64,000 nucleotides of DNA from an uncultured archaeon (GTDB lineage Archaea > Thermoproteota > Bathyarchaeia > Bathyarchaeales > Bathycorpusculaceae). Numbering within the stretch: the first letter of the stretch is position 1; the number at the start of each line of letters is the position of its first letter. Shown here one piece after another: positions 9,947-20,639 of the stretch. Location of the stretch: NCBI GenBank assembly GCA_963810275.1, contig CAWENF010000019.1:155433-219432 (forward strand), read 5' to 3'. Position numbers and translations under genes: made by a program. The notes under the pieces were generated by a model. That model saw only the letters and a list, made by a program, of their open reading frames with translations. It was not told where the DNA came from and made no database searches.

Positions 9947-11395
9947 TTAGCGTTTTTTGTTCTTCATAAAAAATTGTCCAACATACTCCCCGACACTTTT
10001 TCCCTCTTTCTTTGCCAAACGTTTTATGGCGTCGTTTACACCTGTCGAGTACTGCACCGCCTTCTTGGGTTTGTCGGATATCGCTGTCGGAACACTCATG
10101 TCGCGGGCGACTTGCCTGAGCACCAGCTTGCGGGCAGTGTCGGATTTCTCCTCGATTTTACACCCAACCGGCAGCCCCAACGCATACTCTGCAACTTCAA
10201 AGCTGGCAAAGGGACACCGCAACTCGACATCAAAGCTTCCTGTAACCTTCAAATCCCTCTCAAGGTTACTTGCATGAATGTTCACAACGTCTTCAAACAT
10301 AGTGCGTCGTGCCTTCTCCGCCCCATCCCGCAGGCACTCTACTACGTAACGCTGGTATCCTCCAAACAGTTCGTCAGCGCCTTGACCCGCTAACATCACC
10401 CTGAATTTCCCTTCTGCTGCTTTTTGAGCCGCCCAATAGAATGGTACGCCAATCGCTGCTTTCACAGGGTCCGCCTCTTCAATTAGCTCCACCACCTTTG
10501 GAAGGACGGCTTGGACATCGCTGTCCTTGAAAAGGTGAATTTCCATAGGTAAATCCAAAGCTTCTGCCGCTTCGATGGCTTCCTCAGTTTCAGGTTGGTT
10601 TTCAAGGCTCACGTGCAAAAGCTGGACTTTCACGCCTAATTTCTTAGCAATGAACGCCACAACACTGCTGTCTAGGCCGCCTGAGAATGCGACCGCTACC
10701 TCTTTTTGGTCATTAATACGGCGCTTAACAGACTCAAAAAGCGACGCCTGCAGTTCATCGGCTGCTTCAATCAAGTTGATGCGTTTGGCGGGGGTGTAGC
10801 TGAGGGTTCGGACAGGTTTAAACTTGAATCCATCCTTGTCGGCAAATCCCAGCGTGCCCGGCGGAAATGATACTGGCCCTTCTATGCCCAGACGCCACAG
10901 GGCGGTGCAGTTGGTGGCGACTGCCGCGATGTCGGTGGTTTCGCCGTAGTAGAGGGGCTGCACTCCTATTGGGTCTCTGCCTGCTGCCAGCCAGCTATCC
11001 TTTAGTATCATGAACTGGTAGTCGCCGTCTGCTTGCTCAATGATAGTTTGTAGTGCGTTTTCGCAGTGAGAGGGCTCCTTTGCGAGCTGCTCTGTGAGGG
11101 CGGCTTTGGGTACGGGCTTGTATATCCTGCCTTCCAAGAGTGCGGTGGCGTTGTCGAGTTGCAGAAAATCATACCCACTAGACATTATGGGACGCGAGCT
11201 GATGCATCCGATCATGACCGAGGAGTCGATCCCCTGCCTATTTAGTACTCCCAGACTCTTCTCCGAAATCGTTTTTTGCGACGTTGAGATGGCGAAGTGG
11301 GAAACCTGCTCATAATCAAAGCTTTGAAGCAAATCTAAAACGCGATTAACCACGTTGTCTTGGTGTTTATCGAACAATGCCAAGGAAACTTTCAA
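9947..11395 (-). CDS. Asparagine synthetase-like protein (AsnB family, no N-terminal Cys)
   Basis: GRDPIGVQPLYYG, FSGGLDSS, GQGADELFGGY, LRCPF and KKAVQYSTG motifs. Probable TTG start at 11395; the ORF extends to 11458. Confidence 0.85.
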   Translation of the reverse strand: MKVSLALFDKHQDNVVNRVLDLLQSFDYEQVSHFAISTSQKTISEKSLGVLNRQGIDSSVMIGCISSRPIMSSGYDFLQLDNATALLEGRIYKPVPKAALTEQLAKEPSHCENALQTIIEQADGDYQFMILKDSWLAAGRDPIGVQPLYYGETTDIAAVATNCTALWRLGIEGPVSFPPGTLGFADKDGFKFKPVRTLSYTPAKRINLIEAADELQASLFESVKRRINDQKEVAVAFSGGLDSSVVAFIAKKLGVKVQLLHVSLENQPETEEAIEAAEALDLPMEIHLFKDSDVQAVLPKVVELIEEADPVKAAIGVPFYWAAQKAAEGKFRVMLAGQGADELFGGYQRYVVECLRDGAEKARRTMFEDVVNIHASNLERDLKVTGSFDVELRCPFASFEVAEYALGLPVGCKIEEKSDTARKLVLRQVARDMSVPTAISDKPKKAVQYSTGVNDAIKRLAKKEGKSVGEYVGQFFMKNKKR

Positions 11396-11537
11396 ACTGT
11401 AACACGTCCTCATAAGAATGGGTTTAGGTGAGAGATTAATTTTCTGTGTAACATTCACTTCTTAAATAAAATTAGGTTGGGTTTAACGCAATGTTATAAC
11501 CGAGGAACCGATACCTCAAACGGTTTAGGTACATAAA

Positions 11538-12166
11538 ATGTTTAAACTGCAGTTGACTCCTCCCCCACAGTCAGCCAAACCTAAAAGCCACGTAAAAGTC
11601 TCAACCGTTATCCCCGTCATTATCCTAATAGTCTGTGTCGTAGGTGCACTCTATTTATCTGTGGATTCTTCAGCGACTCCGGCATAAACCCTAACAATGA
11701 AATCACAGACGGCGGGAACAACGGCATTCTAACTCCAACAAGAGACATTGAAGGCACGTGGACAAGCACCTTTGTAACTCAGTTTAAAATCGCAACCGAT
11801 TACCAAAACTTTGGAACATTAGAAGATGTGGGCTCAGAACTCCGTACTATGACTTGGAAAATATACTCAACTACAGACGAAAATCGAGTTCTTGTAGACA
11901 TTACCTTCACTTACTCCAACCGAACCCTGATTTCTGAGTCAGGCTACACCCCTGATGTCACATTCAAACAACTTACAGGCATAATCAACGGCACCCAAAT
12001 TACCCTCCTACAAGGTGACCAAGGACCAATCGAGCAATACGGCTCAGTGGGCGAATTCACTTTCACCACCAGCCAGATACAGGGCACCTGGCATGACCAC
12101 TGGGAAGGAGTGTACGAACAAAACGTCTATACAGCAGTTAACGGCTTGAAGCTGATGAAGCAGTAG
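11538..12166 (+). CDS. Hypothetical membrane-anchored protein (frameshift near 11650)
   Basis: ATG11538 gives a hydrophobic helix (VIPVIILIVCVVGAL); a second frame continues without a stop into ORF 11828..12166, which is Thr/Gly-rich and beta-like. Confidence 0.55.
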
Positions 12167-12245
12167 CCGAATTTGCGGTTCCTTCTTTTCTTCACAAAAC
12201 ATTAATCTTTAGTTGCCGATACCTTCTGCTTGAGGAACCAGACAC

Positions 12246-13583
12246 TTGCCAATCTTACCAATAGATACAGGCAGATACGGAACGCCTGAAATGCTCTCGA
12301 TTTTCCAGGAAGAGAACCGCGTACAGAAACTCTTAGATGTCGAAGCAGCACTTGCTTTGGCGCATGCGGAAGTCGGTAACATCTCACTAAAAGACGCCGA
12401 GGCAATCGCTGAGAAAGCCTCCACCAAGTACGTCAAGGTTGAACGTGTTAAATCGATCGAGAAGGAAATCAAGCACGACATCGCCAGTCTTGTCCGCGCC
12501 CTCAGCGAGCAGTGCGGCGAAAGCGGCGCATACGTTCATCTGGGCGCAACCAGCTACGATATCGTGGACACGGCAAACGCTCTGCAGCTAAAAGACGCTA
12601 TTGCCGTTCTGGAGAGCCGCCTTAAAGAATTCAAATGTATATTGCAAAAACAGGCGGACACCCATAAAGCCACCGTTATGATTGGCAGAACCCACGGTCA
12701 ACATGCCCTTCCCATCACGCTCGGTTTTAAGTTCGCTGTTTGGGGTTACGAAGTCAATCGCCACATAGAGCGGCTGGACGAATGTAAAAAACGTGTGGTT
12801 GCAGGCAAAGTCAGCGGCGCCGTCGGAACACAGGCGGGTCTAGGCGAACACTCAACCGAAATTCAGCTTCTGGTTATGAAGCGGTTGGGCATCCCCGCAG
12901 CAGAAATCTCTACGCAAATCGTGCAGAGAGACCGCTACGCCGAGTTAATTTCCATTTACGCTATGCTTGCATCGTCGCTAGAGAACTTCGCAACCGAAAT
13001 CAGAGAGCTTCAGCGCCCCGAAATCGCCGAAGTCTTCGAATCCTTCGAGGCAAAAAAACAGGTTGGCAGTTCAACTATGCCACACAAGCAGAACCCCGAA
13101 ACCTGCGAGCGTGTTTGTGGTTTAGCCCGAATCGTCCGCAGTCTCAGTACTCCAGCTTTGGAGGACATGGTGACTTGGCACGAACGCGACTTAACCCAAT
13201 CGTCAGCCGAACGTTTTATTCTACCTGAATCCTCAATCACACTCGACTACATCCTGAGCCTCATGGTAAATATAGTTGCCAACCTAAGAGTCGACAAAGA
13301 GCGAATGCTTCGCAACATGTCCGCCACTAAAGGTCGTGCAATGTCGGAATCCGTTATGATGACGCTAGTTAAGAAGGGCGTGAACCGACAGGAAGCCCAC
13401 GAGCTGCTCAGGCAACTCACAATCAAGAGTGCTGTTGAGAAGAAGTCGTTTAAGCAGACGCTGCAGGAAGACAAACTTGTGGCAAAGACTCTGTCGGAAG
13501 CTGAAGTTGACGCGGCGCTTAACCCAGAGAACTACTTGGGCACCGCCGTCGCTCAGGCGGAACGCTTCGCAAAGGGTGCTTAG
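12246..13583 (+). CDS. purB: Adenylosuccinate lyase
   Basis: HLGATSYD, GRTHGQHA, GSSTMPHKQNP and WHERDLT motifs. Confidence 0.96.
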   Translation: MPILPIDTGRYGTPEMLSIFQEENRVQKLLDVEAALALAHAEVGNISLKDAEAIAEKASTKYVKVERVKSIEKEIKHDIASLVRALSEQCGESGAYVHLGATSYDIVDTANALQLKDAIAVLESRLKEFKCILQKQADTHKATVMIGRTHGQHALPITLGFKFAVWGYEVNRHIERLDECKKRVVAGKVSGAVGTQAGLGEHSTEIQLLVMKRLGIPAAEISTQIVQRDRYAELISIYAMLASSLENFATEIRELQRPEIAEVFESFEAKKQVGSSTMPHKQNPETCERVCGLARIVRSLSTPALEDMVTWHERDLTQSSAERFILPESSITLDYILSLMVNIVANLRVDKERMLRNMSATKGRAMSESVMMTLVKKGVNRQEAHELLRQLTIKSAVEKKSFKQTLQEDKLVAKTLSEAEVDAALNPENYLGTAVAQAERFAKGA

Positions 13584-15866
13584 AAGTCGAATAAGCCCCT
13601 CTGCTGGGTCTCGGGTTCTTTGGCAGCGGTTTTAAGTGCTTCCCATTCGTCTTTTTTGACGTAGCCGCCCACTTGTTCCTTAATTTTTTTCGCCAATCTT
13701 GGACCTACAGACGGTAGGTTTGTGAGTTCTTCTATTGAAGCGTGTTTTAGGTCTTCTACGGTTTGGTAGCCCGCGTTAAAGATTATGCGTCCGCGGACTC
13801 TGCCGACGCCCTCCAACGCCACAATTGGCATCAACTCCCGCTTAATGCCCTTGCCAACCCGCTCTACCAACTCCAAACTCATAGTGGTAATATCCTTGTT
13901 TTTAGCTACTACAGGCGACAGCTCCTCAGTTGCATGCAGTAGCCACTTTGCGTTCTCAATGGTGCGGTACAGGTCGCCGGGCTGCACATTGAAGCGCTCC
14001 ATCAGCTTGTCTTCGGGTACTTCCTCAATCCAACTGTTAAGCACCATCGCCGTCTTGACTTCGCCAAGGAACTCTGCGTAGCCGATGTAGTCGCTTTGTT
14101 CTGGTGCCTCAATGAAAAACTCTTCTATATGACCTTCGAGTTCGATGGAGAGTTTATCGACTTCGCGCTGGTAGGGGCGCATGGTTGGTCCCATGTCTGG
14201 GGTATGAGCGATTAAATGCAGCAGGCTAAACTCTGTTAGCATCGGCGGGTTATTTTGCAATGCATCGCGGATAATCACGCCTGAGAGGGGGTCAATGTAT
14301 AGTTCGCTTATCCGCTTCCCAAACGGTGTCGCACGAATGTCATCTGCTCCGATCACATAAATCATTTTTTCATCGTGGAGGAATCGGAGGATTTTTTTGA
14401 TGACGGCTTCGATGGCTTTAACGTCGTATTGGTACGCATAGAATGTTTTGGCGAAAAACTCGTAGATACCCCTCTCAGTGTGGGCATAGTCCGAAGCTAT
14501 AGTTGATAGGACGTGGGTGCGGATGATTTTCTCTACGGCAAGCCTTGACCAGATGCGTTCGGGCTTGGCGAGTACGTAGTTTTCCATGAGGAAATCCATT
14601 TCGTCCGCTGTTTTGGCCACTAACACGGATTCACCGAACTTGTCGTATTTCGGTCTCCCCGCTCTGCCCGCCATCTGCTTATAGTCAAGGACGGGGATGG
14701 GATAGTTACCCAAGCCTGCCTCGAAGCGGCGATAGTCCTGGATTATGACGGTGCGTGCGGGTAGGTTGACTCCCCAAGCCAATGTCGGCGTCGCAGTCAA
14801 AACCTTGATTTTGCGCTCTTTGAAGGCATCTTCGATGATTTTTCGGTGCACCCCCGACAGCCCCGCATGGTGGTAAGCCACACCGTTGCTGACAAGCTCG
14901 GCAAGTTCATCACTAAGCTGTGTGTGTTCGCCTGCATTACGGATCTTTTCCGCCTCTGCGTCGAGCACCTCCCGGTTTCGGGCTTCGGTGCTTTTCTTAA
15001 CCAGCTTGCTGCCGCTTTTAGGGACCAGAATCTTGTCCATGTGACTGGCAACAAGTTTCGCTGCTGAAACGGAGTTCTTTCTTGTAGATGCAAAAATCAA
15101 TGCCTGACCTCCACCTCGCAATGTGTTTAGCACCATGTTGACGACAGTTAAGCGGGTTTCTTGCTCGATTTTGCGGGATTCCCCGTTTTTGTACTGGATT
15201 TCGTCCTGCAAGATGACGCCCTCTTTCAAATTGATGGGGCGCCAGGTTGTCACTATATGACGTGCATTTAGCCATCCAGCGATTTCATCCACGTTGTTGA
15301 TGTTGCGGATAATGCGAGGATTTGGATTTGGGGATTACACTGCATGAGCCGCGCCAAGACGATTTCGAGGGTAGGTCCGCGGGCAGCCTCATTTAATAGG
15401 TGTACCTCGTCGGCTATGACGGCTCCGATGTTGTCCATCCATTTCGCTCGGTGTCGGAGAAGCGAGTCGGCTTTCTCGTTTGTAGTGATTATAACGTCAT
15501 GGCGGGCGAGCCAATTGTCGGCGGTGTCGAAGTCGCCTGTGCTGATTCCGACACTCACCTTGCTGCCGTCGGGTTTGGTGATGGCGGTGTATTTCTGGAA
15601 CTCCTCAAACTTCTCTGACAGCCAAAGCACGTAAGGGTGAAAGATAGATGACTTTTCCGCCTCCCTCCAGCACGTGCTTCATTGCGCAGAGCTCCGCTAT
15701 GAGGGTTTTACCTGAGGCTGTGGGGCTTGCCAACAACAATATTGTGAGCCTCCGAGCACTCCTGCTCCGTATGCATTCCTCCTGAGGTGGAAACAGCTCG
15801 CAAATGCCGCAGCCCAGTGAGGATTTGTTTAACTGAATCTGCGATGGGCAGCTCTGCAATTTTCAG
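13580..15866 (-). CDS. hel308: ATP-dependent DNA helicase Hel308 (Ski2-like), several frameshifts in the 5' ~600 nt
   Basis: Fragments give LFPPQ, SPTASGKT, PLRALA, TNEKADSL, DEVH, LSAT, HHAGL, TPTLAWGVNLPA, QMAGRAGRP and a C-terminal HhH (GVGRVRGR, SVGPRLA). Confidence 0.9.
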
Positions 15867-16116
15867 GTTAATCGCCGAAATAAGTTATGATGTCGGTAAG
15901 TATGATTCGGTGGGTTATTAGGGTTTTTAACGTTTTGTTCTGCGCACTTTTTTCGGGTTGAGTAAGCTTTGTAGTTTAAATCACAAGTCATTACGTTATT
16001 TTTCCGTGATTTTAAATTCGACCCGTTTTATATTTGAAAATACGTTTTGGCGGTTAGGTTTTTTTAGTTGAAACCCCACTACACAAGGTGACGAGTTATC
16101 TATCCAACAAAAACTT

Positions 16117-17352
16117 ATGGTAGGATACTGTATGGTTGAAAACGTCAAAGAACTTCTCAAACTCCACGAAGGCATAACCCACGAAGTCTACCTAGACAAC
16201 GAAAACAGCAGCATCGTCCCCCAAGAAGTCGTAGACGCAATGCTCCCGTACTACAACAAAAAAGCCTACGGTAACCCCACTCTAACCCACAAACCCGGCT
16301 GGGAAGCATTCGAAACAGTAATGGGGTGCTTTCAAAAAATTAGCCGAACCTTAGGTGCAAAACTTGAAGAAGTCACCTTCACCCCCGGAGAAACCGAAGC
16401 CAACAACCTCGCAATCATAGCCGGCTGCTTCGCCCAAAAAGGCAAAGGCAAAAAAATAGTCATCTCAGAAATCGAACCCATAAACGTCCTGCAAGTAGCA
16501 GAAATGATGAGCAAATTCGGCTACGTAACCCAGAAAGTCCCCGTGGACCGAGAAGGCTTCATCAACTTAGAAAAACTCAAAGCAGCAGTCGACAAAGACA
16601 CTGTCCTAGTCAGCCTCCACTCAGTGAACAACGAAGTCGGCACCATCCAACCCATAAAAGAAGCTGTCGATATAGCCAAAACCCAAAACCCAAACGTACT
16701 TTTTCACACCGACGCCTCAGACGCCTACGGCAGAATACCCCTAAATGTCTCTGACCTCAAAGTCGACTTGGCAACATTTAGCAGCTTCAAAATCCAAGGA
16801 CCCAGAGGCATGGGCGCCCTCTACGTTAAGGAAGGCGTAACCCTCGAACGCATCATCGAAGGTCCTATTGGCACGCAGAAGCTGTGGCCAGGTGTCGAAA
16901 ACACTCCCCTTATCGTTGGATTTACCAAAGCCTCCGAGTTGGCATTCGCAGATTTCGAAAGTAACGTTGCGAGACTCCGAAGTTTACGCGACAAACTAGT
17001 AGATGGAATATTTAGCGAACTCACTGACCTGCGGTTTAACGGGCCTGAAGGCGACAAACGCAGCCCCGACAACGCCAACATCAGCATTTTGCGAGCCGAA
17101 GGTGAAGCCCTAACAATAGAACTCAGCTTGAGCGGTGTCTATGTTTCCAGCGGAAGTGCATGCAGCCGCCGCCTCTTGCAACCCAGCCATGTCTTAATCG
17201 CCATCGGACGCGTTTACGAAGAAGCCCACGGCAGTATTCTTATGAAAGTTACGCGCAGCCACACAGAAGATGATATTAGTTACGTTTTAGAAGTTCTACC
17301 TAAAGCAGTGAACCGTATCAGAGGGATAGTTGGCTCAACAGGAGTGCACTAA
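16117..17352 (+). CDS. iscS: IscS/NifS-like (group I) cysteine desulfurase homologue with degenerate active site
   Basis: YLDN, GNP, NNEVGTIQP, SSFK (PLP Lys) and SSGSAC...PSHVL motifs. The start may be ATG16132. Confidence 0.85.
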   Translation: MVGYCMVENVKELLKLHEGITHEVYLDNENSSIVPQEVVDAMLPYYNKKAYGNPTLTHKPGWEAFETVMGCFQKISRTLGAKLEEVTFTPGETEANNLAIIAGCFAQKGKGKKIVISEIEPINVLQVAEMMSKFGYVTQKVPVDREGFINLEKLKAAVDKDTVLVSLHSVNNEVGTIQPIKEAVDIAKTQNPNVLFHTDASDAYGRIPLNVSDLKVDLATFSSFKIQGPRGMGALYVKEGVTLERIIEGPIGTQKLWPGVENTPLIVGFTKASELAFADFESNVARLRSLRDKLVDGIFSELTDLRFNGPEGDKRSPDNANISILRAEGEALTIELSLSGVYVSSGSACSRRLLQPSHVLIAIGRVYEEAHGSILMKVTRSHTEDDISYVLEVLPKAVNRIRGIVGSTGVH

Positions 17353-17353
17353 A

Positions 17354-17869
17354 ATGTCACGTATACCATTACCATACAACCCTAAAGTTATGGATTTGTT
17401 CCGTAACCCCAAAAACCTGGGCAAAATGGAGGACGCAACCGTCATCGCAATCGCAGGTAACCCTGCATGCGGAGACATGATAACCTTCTACATGAAAATC
17501 AAGGAGCAGACCCAGGTTATCGAGAAGGCTCAGTTTGAAAGCTACGGCTGCGCAGCCAACATCGCAACCAGCAGCATAGTAACGGAGATGGTCAAAGGCT
17601 TAACATTGGAAAATGCCTGGAAAAACATCACCTGGCAGAAGGTCACCGAGGAAATCGGCGGCCTGCCCAGTGTTAAATTCCACTGCGGAGTCCTAGCCGT
17701 CGGCGCACTTAAACGTGCAGTTAGGCTTTACTTTGAACAGAAAAAAATCCCAACCCCCGACTGGCTTCCAGCAGAACACACATTCGAGGAAAAGCAAGCG
17801 CTTGAAGAAGAGGAATTGGCAAAGACTCTCTCTAAGAGGATGAAGCCTGAGGCAGAAAAGAAACAGTGA
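17354..17869 (+). CDS. iscU: Fe-S cluster scaffold IscU/NifU-N
   Basis: FRNPKNLG, GNPACGD, YGCAANIA and LPSVKFHC motifs. Confidence 0.93.
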   Translation: MSRIPLPYNPKVMDLFRNPKNLGKMEDATVIAIAGNPACGDMITFYMKIKEQTQVIEKAQFESYGCAANIATSSIVTEMVKGLTLENAWKNITWQKVTEEIGGLPSVKFHCGVLAVGALKRAVRLYFEQKKIPTPDWLPAEHTFEEKQALEEEELAKTLSKRMKPEAEKKQ

Positions 17870-19101
17870 ACATCCAAGCTATACGCCGGGACTTCCCCAT
17901 AATAGAGAGGACAATCAACGGCAAACCTCTCATTTACTTTGATAACGCAGCAACCACCCAGAAACCTCGCCAGGTCATCGAAGCAATAGTCGACTTTTAC
18001 AATAATCACAACGCGAACGTGCATCGCGGCGTACATACGCTGAGCATGGAAGCCACAGAAATGCACGAGCAAGCACGCGAACGGATCGCCGAATTTATTA
18101 ATGCTAAGTCGGAGCGTGAAATCGTTTTTGTTAGGGGTACAACCGAAGCCATCAACCTCGTTGCGCATTCGTTGGGCTGCAGCAGCCTAGGCATAGGGGA
18201 TGAAGTGCTGGTTTCGCTTATGGAGCATCACAGCGACATCGTGCCTTGGGAAATCCTTGCTCAGTGTAAGGGCTTTAAAATTAAATATGCAAATGTATTT
18301 GACAACGGTACTCTTGACTACGAGGATTTTGAAGCTAAAATCAACAAGAACACACGAATATGCTGCCTAAGCCAAGTCAGCAACGTAACAGGTGTCATAA
18401 ACGACGTTAAACGAATAACTAAAGCCGCCCACGACAGCGGTTCTCTGATGCTTGTTGACGGCGCCCAATCCGTACCTCACATGCCAGTGGATGTGCAGGA
18501 CATCGGCATAGATTTCTTGGCGTTTTCGGGACACAAAATGCTCGGACCCACAGGAATCGGCGTTCTTTACGGCAGAGACGATGTGCTCAAAAAGATGACT
18601 CCTTTCCAAGGTGGCGGAGAAATGATAAAAGAAGTCTCAATGCAACATGGGCACTGCACAATTTCTTGGAATGAGCTACCATGGAAGTTTGAGGCAGGCA
18701 CCCCAAACATTGAAGGTGCAATAGGGTTTGGTGCCGCCGTTAAATACCTCCAAAACCTGGGCATGCAAAGCGTGTTTAGCCATGAAAAAAAACTGACAGA
18801 GTACGCTTACAGCCGCCTACGAAATTTAAGTAATATACACCTCTACGGCACAACTGATGTGTCCAAAAAATGTGGCATCATACCTTTTGGTATAGAAGGC
18901 TTCAGTTCGCATGAAACTGCAGCGCTGTTTGATGAGTTTGGCGTTGCACTGCGTAGTGGCTACCACTGCGCACAGCCGCTGCACGAAATCTTAAAACTAA
19001 ACTCTACAGCGCGGGCAAGCTTCTACATATACAACACTAAAGAAGAAATAGACCGTTTTATTGAAGTCTTAGGGGAGATAGATAATGTCTACAGTCGCTG
19101 A
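17866..19101 (+). CDS. sufS: Group II cysteine desulfurase SufS
   Basis: DNAATTQKP, NVHRG, EHHS, DGAQS, SGHKM, EAGTP, RSGYHCA and RASF motifs, all intact. Confidence 0.94.
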   Translation: MNIQAIRRDFPIIERTINGKPLIYFDNAATTQKPRQVIEAIVDFYNNHNANVHRGVHTLSMEATEMHEQARERIAEFINAKSEREIVFVRGTTEAINLVAHSLGCSSLGIGDEVLVSLMEHHSDIVPWEILAQCKGFKIKYANVFDNGTLDYEDFEAKINKNTRICCLSQVSNVTGVINDVKRITKAAHDSGSLMLVDGAQSVPHMPVDVQDIGIDFLAFSGHKMLGPTGIGVLYGRDDVLKKMTPFQGGGEMIKEVSMQHGHCTISWNELPWKFEAGTPNIEGAIGFGAAVKYLQNLGMQSVFSHEKKLTEYAYSRLRNLSNIHLYGTTDVSKKCGIIPFGIEGFSSHETAALFDEFGVALRSGYHCAQPLHEILKLNSTARASFYIYNTKEEIDRFIEVLGEIDNVYSR

Positions 19102-19342
19102 TTATGTCTCGCGTATCGAGGGCACTTGTGGCGCAGAAAGCGACGTCATAGTTAACTTCAAATACGAAAAAAAAGACGAAGCCATCGCTAACATAATGAA
19201 AAAAGCTACGTTAAAAAACACCATCGCAGGAATAATTTTCGAGTTAACGTTTGACGGGCGCTCTTTTCGACTTTACACAAGCGGTAAAGCTATCTTCCGA
19301 GGATTCAAAACTAAAACCGAACTAGTGAATTATCTTGGCTAA
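19085..19342 (+). CDS. Small hypothetical protein coupled to sufS
   Basis: 85 aa ORF overlapping the sufS stop; contains EGTCG and a beta-rich FRLYTSGKAIFRG segment. Confidence 0.65.
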   Translation: MSTVADYVSRIEGTCGAESDVIVNFKYEKKDEAIANIMKKATLKNTIAGIIFELTFDGRSFRLYTSGKAIFRGFKTKTELVNYLG

Positions 19343-19407
19343 ACTTCTGCTCTAACCGCACGAACCATTTTTATAGATTCACATATAAATAGAACCAAAA
19401 GCTAAAG

Positions 19408-20526
19408 ATGTTCAATCCAGTGAGAACTTGGCTAAAACTGAGGAAAAGCGATATATTACTACAACAGAAAAGTAGAAAGCCGAGTGTTTCAATCATAATC
19501 CCCACCTACAAACGTGGGCACCTGCTAAAGCATCTTTTAAATGCATTAACAAATCAGACCAGCAGCGATTTCGAAGTCTTAATTGTAGTAAAACCAAGCG
19601 GAGATGAAACCGAAGATGTTGTCAGAGCGTATAGTGACAAACTGAGAACAAACCTGATCATACAAACTCAAGGTTTTGTTGTTGATGCACTAAATCTTGG
19701 GTTAGAAAGTGCCGAGGGTAAAATCATCCTTTTTCTTGACGATGATGCCATCCCCTTCCCAAACTTAGTACACTTATACATCATTTCATATGAACAACAA
19801 AAAATAGGTGGCGTCGCAGGGGACGTCATACCCATAACTCTTAGAGACGGCGAGATATGTCCCTTCGAGGGAACTCCCTCAGAGATAGTGCCTGCAGATC
19901 ATTCTTGTCAGGCTTCTATTTCTGCAAAATTTTGTAATCTTCCAATAAAGGGACAAGATGATTACATGATCTACCTATCTAAAGCAGGATTCGTCTCGGT
20001 GAATTTTGCGGTTGCAAATCGTGCGCTGGCTCACACGAGGCATTCTCTTCTCGCCAAAGGAGCAAATATGTCCATCTTAGCAAAAGCCGCTGAAGGATTC
20101 AAGTTCCCAACTTCATGGATCTTTGGCTTAACCTTCGAGCAGTACTTAGGTTGGTACTTATGGAAAAAGGGCTACATTGTTCTTTTTAACCCGAAAATCA
20201 AGGCTTACCATATCCATCACGGACAATCATTATCACGCAATATAAGAAATGCAAAAAAAGAAGCGGTCCTCTACACAGAGTCCAGATTGCTATTCTTCAG
20301 ACTCTACGGCATCGAACCTGAGCTTTCATTAATGCATAGGCTTGTATTTCTATTGATGGAAACGGCTATTGACATTAAAAGTATTTGCCTACACAAAGAA
20401 ACCTTCCGAATAAGTAGATTTAGGAACAAGTTTTATGCAGAGTTGCTGGGTTTGAGGTGGCTTATTTACAAAAGGGCAGGGTCGAATTATTCGCCGCTCG
20501 AAGATTTGAAGAAAATTCTACAATAG
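19408..20526 (+). CDS. Glycosyltransferase family 2
   Basis: VSIIIPTYKR, LNLGLE, FLDDD and GANMS motifs. Confidence 0.9.
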   Translation: MFNPVRTWLKLRKSDILLQQKSRKPSVSIIIPTYKRGHLLKHLLNALTNQTSSDFEVLIVVKPSGDETEDVVRAYSDKLRTNLIIQTQGFVVDALNLGLESAEGKIILFLDDDAIPFPNLVHLYIISYEQQKIGGVAGDVIPITLRDGEICPFEGTPSEIVPADHSCQASISAKFCNLPIKGQDDYMIYLSKAGFVSVNFAVANRALAHTRHSLLAKGANMSILAKAAEGFKFPTSWIFGLTFEQYLGWYLWKKGYIVLFNPKIKAYHIHHGQSLSRNIRNAKKEAVLYTESRLLFFRLYGIEPELSLMHRLVFLLMETAIDIKSICLHKETFRISRFRNKFYAELLGLRWLIYKRAGSNYSPLEDLKKILQ

Positions 20527-20639
20527 ATTTTCATGAATAGTTATATTTCAAAACCTTTAGATAACTAAAGAAGTGTGCCCTCTATGCAGAACCTTTCAGT
20601 ACTCACCAAAACTGTACTTATCTTGGATGTCGAGGAGTT

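Noticed and set aside
15268-15866. Programmed ribosomal frameshifting in hel308
   Set aside because: Several shifts lie close together without consistent slippery sites; error or decay explains them better.
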